From positions 1 to 58,943 of the forward strand of contig JAUYBT010000144.1 in assembly GCA_030692905.1 (NCBI GenBank): a stretch of DNA of 58,943 bases, in the 5' to 3' direction. This document shows, one piece after another, positions 45,342-54,700 of this stretch; position 1 is the first letter of the stretch, and each line of letters starts with the position of its first letter. The notes beneath the pieces were generated by a model. That model was not told the DNA's origin and did not search any database. It was given only the letters and a program-made list of their open reading frames with translations. This DNA is from Bacteroidales bacterium. Its GTDB lineage: Bacteria; Bacteroidota; Bacteroidia; Bacteroidales; VadinHA17. Position numbers and translations under genes: made by a program.

Positions 45342-48125
45342 TTATATCAGTTTTGCCGAAAGATATTTACCGGTATAAGATTCTTTGCATTTTGCCAGTT
45401 CTTCCGGTCTTCCCTCAAAAACAATCCGGCCCCCGTCTTCACCGCCTTCTGGTCCAAGGTCGATGACCCAGTCAGAACTCTTTATCACCTCCTGGTTATG
45501 CTCAATAAGTACCACAGAATGACCATGATCAACCAGGGCATTTATTGATTTAAGAAGCTTGTTAATGTCATGAAAATGCAAGCCTGTGGTTGGTTCGTCA
45601 AAGATGAATAATATATGTCCGTTACCGCGTTCCTGGCTCAGAAAATAGGCCAGTTTTACTCTCTGGCTTTCACCTCCTGACAGAGTACTTGACGGCTGCC
45701 CCATTTTTATATAGCCCAGTCCCACATCAGAAAGAGGTTTCAGTTTTTCGACGATTCTCTTTTCACTCTTTCCCGGATGTGAATTGAAAAAATCAATTGC
45801 TTCATCTATAGTCATCTCAAGCATATCATAAATGTTCTTTCCATGATATTTTACCTCAAGAACATCCTTGCGGAACCTCATCCCCTTGCAGTTTTCGCAG
45901 GTCAGCTCCACATCGGCCATAAACTGCATTTCAACTCTTATTATCCCTTCCCCCTGACACTCCTCACATCGTCCGCCTTCTATGTTAAATGAAAAATGAG
46001 ACGCTTTATAATTATTCTGGACCGAAGCTTGTTGTTCGGAATAAAGTTTGCGTATTTCATCATATGCTTTGAGATAAGTGACCGGATTTGACCGGCTCGA
46101 CTTACCTATCGGATTCTGATCAACCATCTCAATGCCGGTTAAACCGGAAATGTCTCCGGTAATATCCCTGAACTGACCTGGTTTTAAGTTATTCCCATTA
46201 ATCCTGTTCGACAGAACTTTGTGTAAAATATCTGAAACAAGGCTCGATTTGCCTGATCCGCTTACTCCGGTAACAGCAGTTATAATATGAAGCGGAAATT
46301 TCACATCAATACCTTTAAGATTGTTTTGCCTGGCACCCTTGATCTCAATAAAGCTGTTCCATTTTCTTCTTACGCGCGGGACCGGGACTACTAACCGTCC
46401 ACTAAGGTAACCGGCTGTAAGAGATTTATTTGCAGTGGTCAGGTCAAGGCCTCCCTGATAAACCACCTCTCCACCGAGTCTGCCGGCTTCCGGTCCCATA
46501 TCAATTATTTCATCGGCAGCTCTTATTATTTCCTCTTCATGCTCTACAACAAGAACCGTATTTCCGAGGTCTCTGAGCTCTTTCAGTACTTTTATCAAAA
46601 GATTAGTGTCACGGGGATGAAGACCGATACTTGGCTCATCGAGAATATACATAGAGCCTACCAGATTACTCCCCAGCGATGTTGATAGATTAATTCTCTG
46701 TGATTCTCCGCCTGACAATGTAGAAGATAGCCTGTCGAGAGTGAGATAAGGAAGGCCCACATCAATAAGAAATTTCAACCGGACAGTAATCTCCTTTATA
46801 AGCCTTTCAGCAATTGCAGTATCTTCAGCATTTAACTTTATTTCAGAAAATTGCTCAATTAGCTTTCCGACAGGGATTGAAACAAGATCCTGAATTGAAT
46901 AACCGGCAATCTTTACATAGCCTGACTCTTTTCTTAATCTCGAACCTTTACATTCCGGGCATGTCGTTTTTCCGCGGTAGCGGCTTAACAGAACCCTGTA
47001 CTGGATCTTAAATTTCTTCTCTTCAAGATGATGGAAGAACCGGTCTATCCCATAAAAATATTTATTTCCTTTCCAGAGTAGCTCCTTCTGCTCTTCTGTC
47101 AGCTGGTAAATTGGTTTATGTATCGGAAAATCGAATAATTCTGCACTGGCAATCAATCTCTCCTTCCATTTTTTCATAGTTTCACCTTTCCAGCAAACTA
47201 TCGCATCTTCATAAACCGAAAGGTTCTGGTTCGGGATAACAAGATTTTCATCAATACCTATAATCCTGCTATAGCCTTCACATATAGGACAGGCCCCTAT
47301 TGGATTATTGAAACTAAATAAGTATTCTGAAGGTTCTTCAAACCCAATGCCATCCTCTTCAAATTTGTTTGAGAAACTTACCCTTTTTATTCCGTTATCA
47401 TCATGGATAACTACCTGGCAATAACCTTTCCCGGTCTGAAATGCCGTTTGAGCAGAGTCAGCAGCCCTGCTGAAATTATCTGCAGAATGACTTATAACAA
47501 GCCTGTCAATTACAATATTTACCTGCTGCCCGGGTTCATATCCATCAAAAGTTTTTAGTTCATCAATTTTAATGAGCTCCCCATCAGACTCGATACGGTT
47601 GAACCCCTGTTTATTCAGGAACGAAAAATATTCTGATACTTTTATGTTTTCGGGTATCTCACCGGAAGAGGTAATAACCACCTTTGTTCCCTCAGGTAGA
47701 GATGCCAGGTAATCAACTATATCATCAGCGCTGTGTTTTTTAACCTCTTTACCCGACACAGGCGAATAGGTTCGACCGATTCTTGCGAACAGAAGCCGCA
47801 GATAATCATATATTTCTGTCGATGTGCCCACAGTGGAACGTGGATTCCGGGAGTTAACTTTCTGTTCAATAGCTATGGCAGGAGGGATACCGTTTATGAA
47901 ATCAACCTCGGGTTTATTCATTCTACCCAGGAATTGACGTGCATAGGAGGAGAGGCTTTCGACATATCTTCTCTGACCTTCTGCATAAATTGTGTCGAAA
48001 GCAAGAGATGATTTCCCTGAACCTGAAACGCCGGTGATTACCACAAGTTTGTTTCTGGGAATATTCAGACTAACATTTTTCAGATTATGTACCCTGGCCC
48101 CCTTTATTTCAATACTCCCCTGCAT
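45342..48125 (-). CDS. uvrA: excinuclease ABC subunit A
   Basis: 927 aa. Two ABC modules with [10 protein letters not shown] Walker A (twice), LSGGE signatures, and CxxC zinc modules. Confidence 0.97.
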   Translation of the reverse strand: MQGSIEIKGARVHNLKNVSLNIPRNKLVVITGVSGSGKSSLAFDTIYAEGQRRYVESLSSYARQFLGRMNKPEVDFINGIPPAIAIEQKVNSRNPRSTVGTSTEIYDYLRLLFARIGRTYSPVSGKEVKKHSADDIVDYLASLPEGTKVVITSSGEIPENIKVSEYFSFLNKQGFNRIESDGELIKIDELKTFDGYEPGQQVNIVIDRLVISHSADNFSRAADSAQTAFQTGKGYCQVVIHDDNGIKRVSFSNKFEEDGIGFEEPSEYLFSFNNPIGACPICEGYSRIIGIDENLVIPNQNLSVYEDAIVCWKGETMKKWKERLIASAELFDFPIHKPIYQLTEEQKELLWKGNKYFYGIDRFFHHLEEKKFKIQYRVLLSRYRGKTTCPECKGSRLRKESGYVKIAGYSIQDLVSIPVGKLIEQFSEIKLNAEDTAIAERLIKEITVRLKFLIDVGLPYLTLDRLSSTLSGGESQRINLSTSLGSNLVGSMYILDEPSIGLHPRDTNLLIKVLKELRDLGNTVLVVEHEEEIIRAADEIIDMGPEAGRLGGEVVYQGGLDLTTANKSLTAGYLSGRLVVPVPRVRRKWNSFIEIKGARQNNLKGIDVKFPLHIITAVTGVSGSGKSSLVSDILHKVLSNRINGNNLKPGQFRDITGDISGLTGIEMVDQNPIGKSSRSNPVTYLKAYDEIRKLYSEQQASVQNNYKASHFSFNIEGGRCEECQGEGIIRVEMQFMADVELTCENCKGMRFRKDVLEVKYHGKNIYDMLEMTIDEAIDFFNSHPGKSEKRIVEKLKPLSDVGLGYIKMGQPSSTLSGGESQRVKLAYFLSQERGNGHILFIFDEPTTGLHFHDINKLLKSINALVDHGHSVVLIEHNQEVIKSSDWVIDLGPEGGEDGGRIVFEGRPEELAKCKESYTGKYLSAKLI

Positions 48126-48280
48126 ATCTGTTCCTTTATATAGTGTTAAAATTCAGTTAAAACCCAAAAGTAATACTTTCAATTTAAAATAAATTGTTTC
48201 CTTTGTATTACGAATAACAACCTGACAAAGGAGGACTGCCTATAGAATATCTCTACTCTGTTTAATTAAAAGAGTGAGTT

Positions 48281-48868
48281 ATGAAAAAAATGATTTCCGA
48301 TTATGAACTGATTATGAGGTTCATAAAAGGTGAGCAGTCGTGCTTTGAACAATTAATCCACCGCCATAAAAACAAAGTTTTCGCTTATATAAGCCTTTAT
48401 ATTCGCGATCAGGCTCTCGCTGAAGATATCTTTCAGGATACCTTCCTTAAAGTTTTTCAATCTGTTAAAGCAGGTAAATATTCCGATAACGGAAAATTTC
48501 TCTCCTGGGTAATGCGTATAGCTCATAATCTGATTATTGACCATTTCCGCAGGATTAAGCAGATGAATACCATATCGAACGACAACTATGAATCTGATCT
48601 CTTCAATTCAAAAAGATTTGCTGAAGATAGCGTTGAGGATGATATGATAAAGCGGCAGATACATAAAGATGTCAGGAATATGATAAGCAGCCTGCCTGAT
48701 GACCAGAGGGAGGTGGTAATCCTGAGGCATTACGCAGACCTGAGCTTTAAAGAGATTGCCGATATAACCGGTGTAAGCATAAATACTGCTCTCGGCCGGA
48801 TGAGATATGCCCTCATAAATATGAGAAAAATTATGGAGGAGAAAAAAATCAGTCTGACATTAAATTAG
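48281..48868 (+). CDS. ECF-type RNA polymerase sigma-70 family factor
   Basis: Region 2 (DIFQDTFLKVFQ...WVMRIAHNLIIDHFRR) and region 4 HTH (DDQREVVILRHYADLSFKEIADITGVSINTALGRMRYA). Confidence 0.9.
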   Translation: MKKMISDYELIMRFIKGEQSCFEQLIHRHKNKVFAYISLYIRDQALAEDIFQDTFLKVFQSVKAGKYSDNGKFLSWVMRIAHNLIIDHFRRIKQMNTISNDNYESDLFNSKRFAEDSVEDDMIKRQIHKDVRNMISSLPDDQREVVILRHYADLSFKEIADITGVSINTALGRMRYALINMRKIMEEKKISLTLN

Positions 48869-48918
48869 AAATCAGACAATAATAATTCCTGCTGGACGTT
48901 TTCAAAGAAAATGAAAAC

Positions 48919-49116
48919 ATGAAGCCTATGGGATTAACTTCTACTCCTTTTATTTCATATCACAATATCAAAGTTAAAAATGTAGATCTTTTTGAAGATG
49001 CATGGGGTATAAACTCTGAATTCTGTGATGTGATTGACCTTCTCAGGCAGATAAAAGCTGTTCCGGGGAGGCGGTTGACTAAAAGACTGATTGAGAAGAT
49101 CAGGAAGCAGGATTAA
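48919..49116 (+). CDS. 65-aa hypothetical protein downstream of the ECF sigma gene
   Basis: Same strand, 50 nt after the sigma gene, and followed by a terminator. No TM segment and no zinc-binding anti-sigma motif seen. Confidence 0.35.
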   Translation: MKPMGLTSTPFISYHNIKVKNVDLFEDAWGINSEFCDVIDLLRQIKAVPGRRLTKRLIEKIRKQD

Positions 49117-49127
49117 AAATCTTAATG

Positions 49128-49156
49128 AACACAGGAAAATTTCCTGTGTTTTTTTT
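49128..49156 (+). terminator. intrinsic terminator of the sigma-factor operon
   Basis: AACACAGGAA-AAT-TTCCTGTGTT (10-bp stem) followed by T6. Confidence 0.8.
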
Positions 49157-49204
49157 GGTAATATGAATTTAAAATAATATCTTTGTGATATTAAATTAAT
49201 ATCA
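49154..49204 (+). promoter_or_regulatory. promoter with overlapping three-half-site palindromic operator upstream of the SPFH operon
   Basis: TTTG at 49154-49157 and TATCTTTG at 49178-49185 (-33/-7-like, 20-nt spacer). Half-sites TAATATC (49175-49181), GATATTA (49187-49193) and TAATATC (49197-49203). The 9+1+9 palindrome TGATATTAA-A-TTAATATCA lies at 49186-49204. The ATG is at 49211. Confidence 0.45.
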
Positions 49205-49210
49205 TATACT

Positions 49211-50065
49211 ATGAAACAGGAATTGACTTTCAAACCCATTTCGGGTTATGTAGTTCTGCTGATAGCCATTTTGGCTCTTGGCGGATCAATTGCCGGATTT
49301 GCTTTTCAGATGATCTGGCAAGGTGTAGTAGCTGCATTGTTGTTTGTTTTCCTTACAATTGGCTTCACAGTTGTTAATCCTAACGAATCGTGCGTTATGG
49401 TACTGTTCGGTGCATATAAAGGAACAATTAAAGAAAATGGTTTCTTCTGGGTAAATCCATTTTTCAACAGGCGGAATATCTCACTCAGAGCACGAAACTT
49501 TGACAGTGATCCTATTAAGGTAAATGACAAAATAGGCAATCCGATAAAAATTGGTTTTGTGCTTGTCTGGAAAGTAGCAAATACTTATCAGGCTGCTTTT
49601 GAAGTAGATGATTATCAGCATTTTGTTTTAGTTCAGAGTGATGCTGCTCTCAGAAAACTTGCAGGCTTGTACCCTTACGATAATTTTGAAGACCATGAGG
49701 CTGTCGTAGCTCTCAGGAGCGGAGGGGAAGAGGTTAATGAAGAGCTCGAAAGAGAGATAAGGGAAAGACTTACTATTGCCGGTATACATGTAATTGAGGC
49801 CAGAATAAATTACATTGCATACGCTGAGGAGATTGCCAATGCCATGTTAAGACGGCAGCAGGCAACAGCTATTGTAGCTGCCAGGTTTAAGATAGTTGAA
49901 GGTGCAGTTTCTATGGTTCAGATGGCTCTTGAACAGCTTTCTGACAAGAAGATTGTTGATCTTGATGATGAGAGGAAAGCTGCTATGGTAAGTAATCTGA
50001 TGGTAGTGCTGGTAAGCGATAAGGATGCCTCACCGATTGTTAATACCGGTACATTACATTCCTAG
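49211..50065 (+). CDS. SPFH/Band-7 (stomatin-prohibitin-like) membrane protein
   Basis: N-terminal TM hairpin (VVLLIAILALGGSIAGFAF...VVAALLFVFLTIGFTVV), followed by an SPFH core and an Ala/Glu-rich coiled region. Confidence 0.85.
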   Translation: MKQELTFKPISGYVVLLIAILALGGSIAGFAFQMIWQGVVAALLFVFLTIGFTVVNPNESCVMVLFGAYKGTIKENGFFWVNPFFNRRNISLRARNFDSDPIKVNDKIGNPIKIGFVLVWKVANTYQAAFEVDDYQHFVLVQSDAALRKLAGLYPYDNFEDHEAVVALRSGGEEVNEELEREIRERLTIAGIHVIEARINYIAYAEEIANAMLRRQQATAIVAARFKIVEGAVSMVQMALEQLSDKKIVDLDDERKAAMVSNLMVVLVSDKDASPIVNTGTLHS

Positions 50066-50066
50066 T

Positions 50067-50249
50067 ATGAGTGAAAAGAAACCATTTGTTTTACGTATTG
50101 CCCCCGGGAAGCTGAAAGCTCTCGAAAAATGGGCTGCTGATGAATTCCGCAGTACTAACGGGCAGATTGAGTATATACTCGACCATGCTCTTCGAAAATC
50201 GGGCAGATGGAAAACAAGGTCAGAAAATAATAAAAAAGAGGAATCATGA
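50067..50249 (+). CDS. Arc-family ribbon-helix-helix DNA-binding protein
   Basis: 60 aa, MSEKKPFVLRIAPGKLKALEKWAADEFRSTNGQIEYILDHAL, matching the Arc/MetJ-type beta-strand plus two helices pattern. It starts 2 nt after the SPFH stop. Confidence 0.75.
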   Translation: MSEKKPFVLRIAPGKLKALEKWAADEFRSTNGQIEYILDHALRKSGRWKTRSENNKKEES

Positions 50250-50458
50250 ACCAGATAATAAAATACACCTGCCCGAAGTGCGGCAATAAACTGTATGAGA
50301 TTGGTGAAATGTGGACTATTGGCAGCTTCTGGACAAGAATGTTTGAATTTCACAACAGGAGATTTACTTTCATTTCATGCCGGAAATGCAGATACACTGA
50401 AATGTATAAAGTTCCTCAGAAAGACATCGGTGAGATAATTAACAATCTGGCCAGATAA
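50246..50458 (+). CDS. zinc-ribbon protein (COG3478/DUF2082-like)
   Basis: 70 aa with two CxxC pairs (CPKCGNK ... CRKCRYTEMY). ATGA overlap with the Arc-like gene. Confidence 0.7.
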   Translation: MNQIIKYTCPKCGNKLYEIGEMWTIGSFWTRMFEFHNRRFTFISCRKCRYTEMYKVPQKDIGEIINNLAR

Positions 50459-50467
50459 AGTCTGCTT

Positions 50468-51172
50468 TTACTGGTTTAAAAAGTAAATGGAATGGCAGGC
50501 CGCGACGCCTGCCGTTTCTGTTCTCAGCCGGCTGTGACCCAGATGAACAGGAATAAAATTCTTTTCAATAGCAGAATCAATCTCCTCATTACTGAAATCG
50601 CCTTCCGGTCCTATCAGAATTAACACATTTTCATTTTTTGAATATACTTCAGATATTTTACTTCTATTGAATGTTTCATTACAATGGGCAATCAAGCGGA
50701 TTCCTTTAAAATCTCTATTGAGAAAATCATTGAAAAGGCAAGACTCGTTCAATACCGTTTTTGTTGCTTTAAGCGATTGTTTCATTGCAGAGATAATCAG
50801 GTTATTTACTCTTTCAGTCTTTATACCCTGCTTTTCAGTGTTCCTGCAGATCAGCGGGGTGATCTCATCAACACCAATTTCAACACTCTTTTCAATAAAC
50901 CATTCAAAACGTTCAGGATTTTTTAAAGGGGAGATTGCTATGTGGAGACAGTAATTTCGTTTTTCGAAATCCTTAATTATTCCTGTAATGTCTATAGCAC
51001 ATTTTTTTGAGTCAGGGTTACTTATGATCCCTTCATACAGATTGCCTTTTCCATCTATTAATCTGACACCGGTTCCCTTTGTCATCCTTAAAACCCTGAT
51101 ACAATGTTTCGACTCATTCTCGTTTAGGGTGTAGGTATCACTGGTTATATCCGGAGCATAAAATATCTGCAT
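50468..51172 (-). CDS. rsmE: 16S rRNA (uracil1498-N3)-methyltransferase
   Basis: MQIFYAP start, PUA-like N-terminal domain, and a C-terminal SPOUT knot (LIGPEGDFS..E, LGHSRLRTETA). Confidence 0.9.
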   Translation of the reverse strand: MQIFYAPDITSDTYTLNENESKHCIRVLRMTKGTGVRLIDGKGNLYEGIISNPDSKKCAIDITGIIKDFEKRNYCLHIAISPLKNPERFEWFIEKSVEIGVDEITPLICRNTEKQGIKTERVNNLIISAMKQSLKATKTVLNESCLFNDFLNRDFKGIRLIAHCNETFNRSKISEVYSKNENVLILIGPEGDFSNEEIDSAIEKNFIPVHLGHSRLRTETAGVAACHSIYFLNQ

Positions 51173-51254
51173 AGGTCAGTTGTTTGTACAAAAATAGAGA
51201 ATTTGGGTTAACCTTTGTATTACTTTTTGAAATCCTTTGTGTTACTTAGGGGGT

Positions 51255-51764
51255 ATGAAGATTGGCCTTATCTCAGATACGCACGGATGGATTCATCCCA
51301 GGCTCTTTGACCATTTTGCAGGATGTGATGAGATCTGGCATGCAGGGGATATCGGTAATATTGAAACAGCCGATTCTCTTGCAGTTTTCAGGCCTTTGAA
51401 AGCAGTTTATGGCAATATGGACGATGCACTTGTCAGGACGGTATATAAAGAGCACCTGGTTTTTAATGCTGAAGAAGTAAGGGTCTGGATTACTCATATC
51501 GGCGGAACACCCGGTCATTACGATCATAGAGTAAAACCTGCCATATATGAAAATCCTCCGGATATTTTTATTTGCGGACATTCGCATATAGCAAAGGTTA
51601 TGTACGATAAAAAGGCCGGATTTTTATATGTAAATCCGGGAGCAGCTGGATATAACGGGTTTCATAAATATATGACAGCCATCAGGTTTCAGATAGATGG
51701 GAAGAATATTCACGATATGGAACTTATCGAACTTGGTGAAAGAAGCAAGGCAGCTATCTTGTAA
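51255..51764 (+). CDS. YfcE/MJ0936-type metallophosphoesterase
   Basis: MKIGLISDTHG, HAGDIG, GNMD, and CGHSH motifs. Confidence 0.85.
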   Translation: MKIGLISDTHGWIHPRLFDHFAGCDEIWHAGDIGNIETADSLAVFRPLKAVYGNMDDALVRTVYKEHLVFNAEEVRVWITHIGGTPGHYDHRVKPAIYENPPDIFICGHSHIAKVMYDKKAGFLYVNPGAAGYNGFHKYMTAIRFQIDGKNIHDMELIELGERSKAAIL

Positions 51765-54700
51765 CAGGTTCTTCCCCGGCGTTATCACTGGTCATTCTTC
51801 TGAGGAAACGGCTAAGCCTGCCTTCAACAGCAATCATATATGTATAAGGTACCCTTACTGATGAATCGGGATGTTTCCTGTTGTTCAGTTTCGTATTTGC
51901 AATAATTGTGTTAAAACTGTTGTTTCCTGCCTGCGCCATCATTACACCTCTGATATATGAGAAATAGTACCATGTTGATTCATCTGCCTTCAGATAAACA
52001 TCGATCATGTCGCCTGATCTTCTACGCTGAATTTCAATATAACCATCCACATAAATGTTGATAGGTTGTGGCCCTATGAATCCGATGCCGATTTTTCCGC
52101 TCGATCTGAATGATGACGTAGCTTCATTCCAGTAAAGTTTCACATCGTTAAATAGTAGTTTGAAATTGAATTCTTTTGGAAGGCTTCCTGAAGTGCCAAA
52201 CAGGTCCATTTCCTCTTTTATTTGTGAGGCAGCGGTTACTCCCATAAGATCTTTCATCCCCTTGTTATTCAGGTCGGTGTTCAGATTTACCGGTTTAAGC
52301 GTTGGCATCATCCTGATCTCATCTGCCATTACCTTAAGGGCTTCAGGAGAGAAATGGAAGTCGAAAGCCAGTATTGCTTCAATGTCAACTTTTCCTGAAT
52401 CAAGAGTATGGATTACCTTTCCTGCACTTGAAAATTTAACCAGGTCATATTTTGCTCCGAAATTGATATTTCCTTCTCCCGACAGTACGCAATAATTCTT
52501 GTCAAAGGCGATCATATTACCGGGTAGACTCTGATCAGCCAGTTTTTCAAGAGAAGTGATTAAATACCGGCCTTTTGCTTTTTCATAGTAGAGGTAGCCC
52601 GTTGAATTTACCAGAGCAACATCGGACCATGATTTTTGGGCCGAAAGAAATGCCGGATAAATATGAATAGGATCTGTGTTGATATACGAACCGGAAAAAA
52701 CAAGATTATCATTCATATCCCTCGGTTTATCACTTACAGGGATCATAACATTTTTTGGATCGATTTTAGATTTGAATTTGATTGTATAACTCTTGATTGT
52801 ACTGCAGTTATGCACAATACCTGCTGATCCTGTATATGTGAGCAGATCATTCTTTGAAGAGAGCAACACATCGCCGGCATATGAAAATGCAGGATTGAGC
52901 ATGAAATTCTGAGTGACAGGGATGTAACCTCTGGCGCTGGTGGACAAGGTATCAACTGTAAGTTCCGGAAAATTAATCTGCTGTATCTCTTTGTTTTCAT
53001 CAACATAATCGTAAATGGCGCTGCCTGTATATCGTTTGGTCGATTCAATATCAATTTTTGCCGAATGCAGTATATGCCTGTTATTGAGAGCAATCAGAGC
53101 GTTCTGCATCGTCTGTATTTTTGCTCTCCTGTTGATGACGATTTTCCCGTTTTCAGGTTGAATCAGCGCATCGGCGATATGAATATAGTTTATATTTTCT
53201 GCTTCAATATATTCCTGGTCAAGGTGATAGCTTCCTTTCCATGATGAAAAAGCGACAGTATCGGAAAGATTATTTGTTGCAAAGAAAGTCGGCTTATCAA
53301 GATTGGCAAAGTCTGACTTTAGAAGTTTATCTGAAGTCAAAAGCGGAGTATTTGATTTTTCCTTTTGCTCCATATTTAACACCCTGTTTTCCATATTGTA
53401 TGCAAAATCTGTCATGGTACAGATATACTGCAGCTCAGGGAATTTCACAACCGAAGAATCGGTATTCAGCCTGAAACGTGCCATCCTGAGATCAAAATTG
53501 ATATCGGTATTAGCGTTTTCAGCAATGAATGAATATCCGCTGGTAGTCGGTGATTTCAGATTATAATCAGCCGTATCTGCTTTGATCGCATTTGATGCAA
53601 AACTGAAAAGATTTGAAGTAATCCTCGAATCGGTCATATTGATTATTCCTGTGCCATGCAGTCTGGCAGGTGTCAGTTTTAATGTACCATCAAGAGTTGT
53701 TCCATTCCCGAACAGATTAAAGCTTTTTCCGGTGGCGTTGGTTGCCAGCCATTCATCTTTTTGAGTCATCCATTTTATTGCAACATCCTGGCTGTTAAGG
53801 ATGGGGAATATTCCCGAGCTGTCTTTTTCAATATTGAATGATGAAGCCTGAGTAATCATTGAATCGGGGAAGAATTTATATTCTTCTGACTTAGTGGTTG
53901 ATGTTAAATGTTTCAAAGTTCCACTCCCAATCAACCCATTGTTGCTCATGCTGATAGCTTCATATAACCTACCCCTGTTCCCGTAGACTTCAACCCCTTC
54001 TTCCGGTATGATCATATTAAATCCAAGAGAGTTGTTTTCCTGTATAGTAAGGTACTGTCGAGTCGGTTTGAGGATATTCCCTCCAACAAATTCTCCTGAA
54101 AGATTCATGTCTTCATTGGAAAAATGATCAATATTTTCATAGGTAAAAGGATCCACTTTAAAATAGAATTCTCCCTGTTTGTAAATACCCTCAAGTCCGG
54201 GTATCTTATCGTAGAAAATATATGAGTAGGTTATTGTATTTATTATGGGATACTGCTTAAGGCTTTTGAGTCCCGATTTATTATTCGGATTATCGATATA
54301 AAGTTCCGCTGTTCCCAGTTGTAAGAGGTTGTTAACTTCTTTAATAACCGGATTACCCAATATATCTTTCTTATCGGTTTCCACCGCAATTTTAATGGAG
54401 TCGATTTTTTGTAGTCTTATCTTAAAAGTATCATAGCTGAAGGAGAAATTATGACCAAATACAGTGAAGAGACCTGCTTCAACAACACCGTCGAACTGAA
54501 GACTTCTGTTCTTTCCGATTGTCAGTTGCTGTTTGTAAGGATGAATTGCAACCCTTTGGGAATCGCTCAGGAAAACACCGGATACTCCGTTTACTGTCAG
54601 TCTGTAGTTTCTCAGATCAAGAATAGCATTATCTATGGGAGCTTTTGTTTCACTTACTATGTTTAAGACATCATAATCCTTTCTTTTAGCATATGAATCG

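Noticed and set aside
45213-45548. 111-aa plus-strand ORF spanning the uvrA 3' end.
   Set aside because: It is antisense to the well-supported uvrA gene and reads through the REP-like hairpin (…YVETGLRPVSA…). This is a typical spurious REP-derived ORF.
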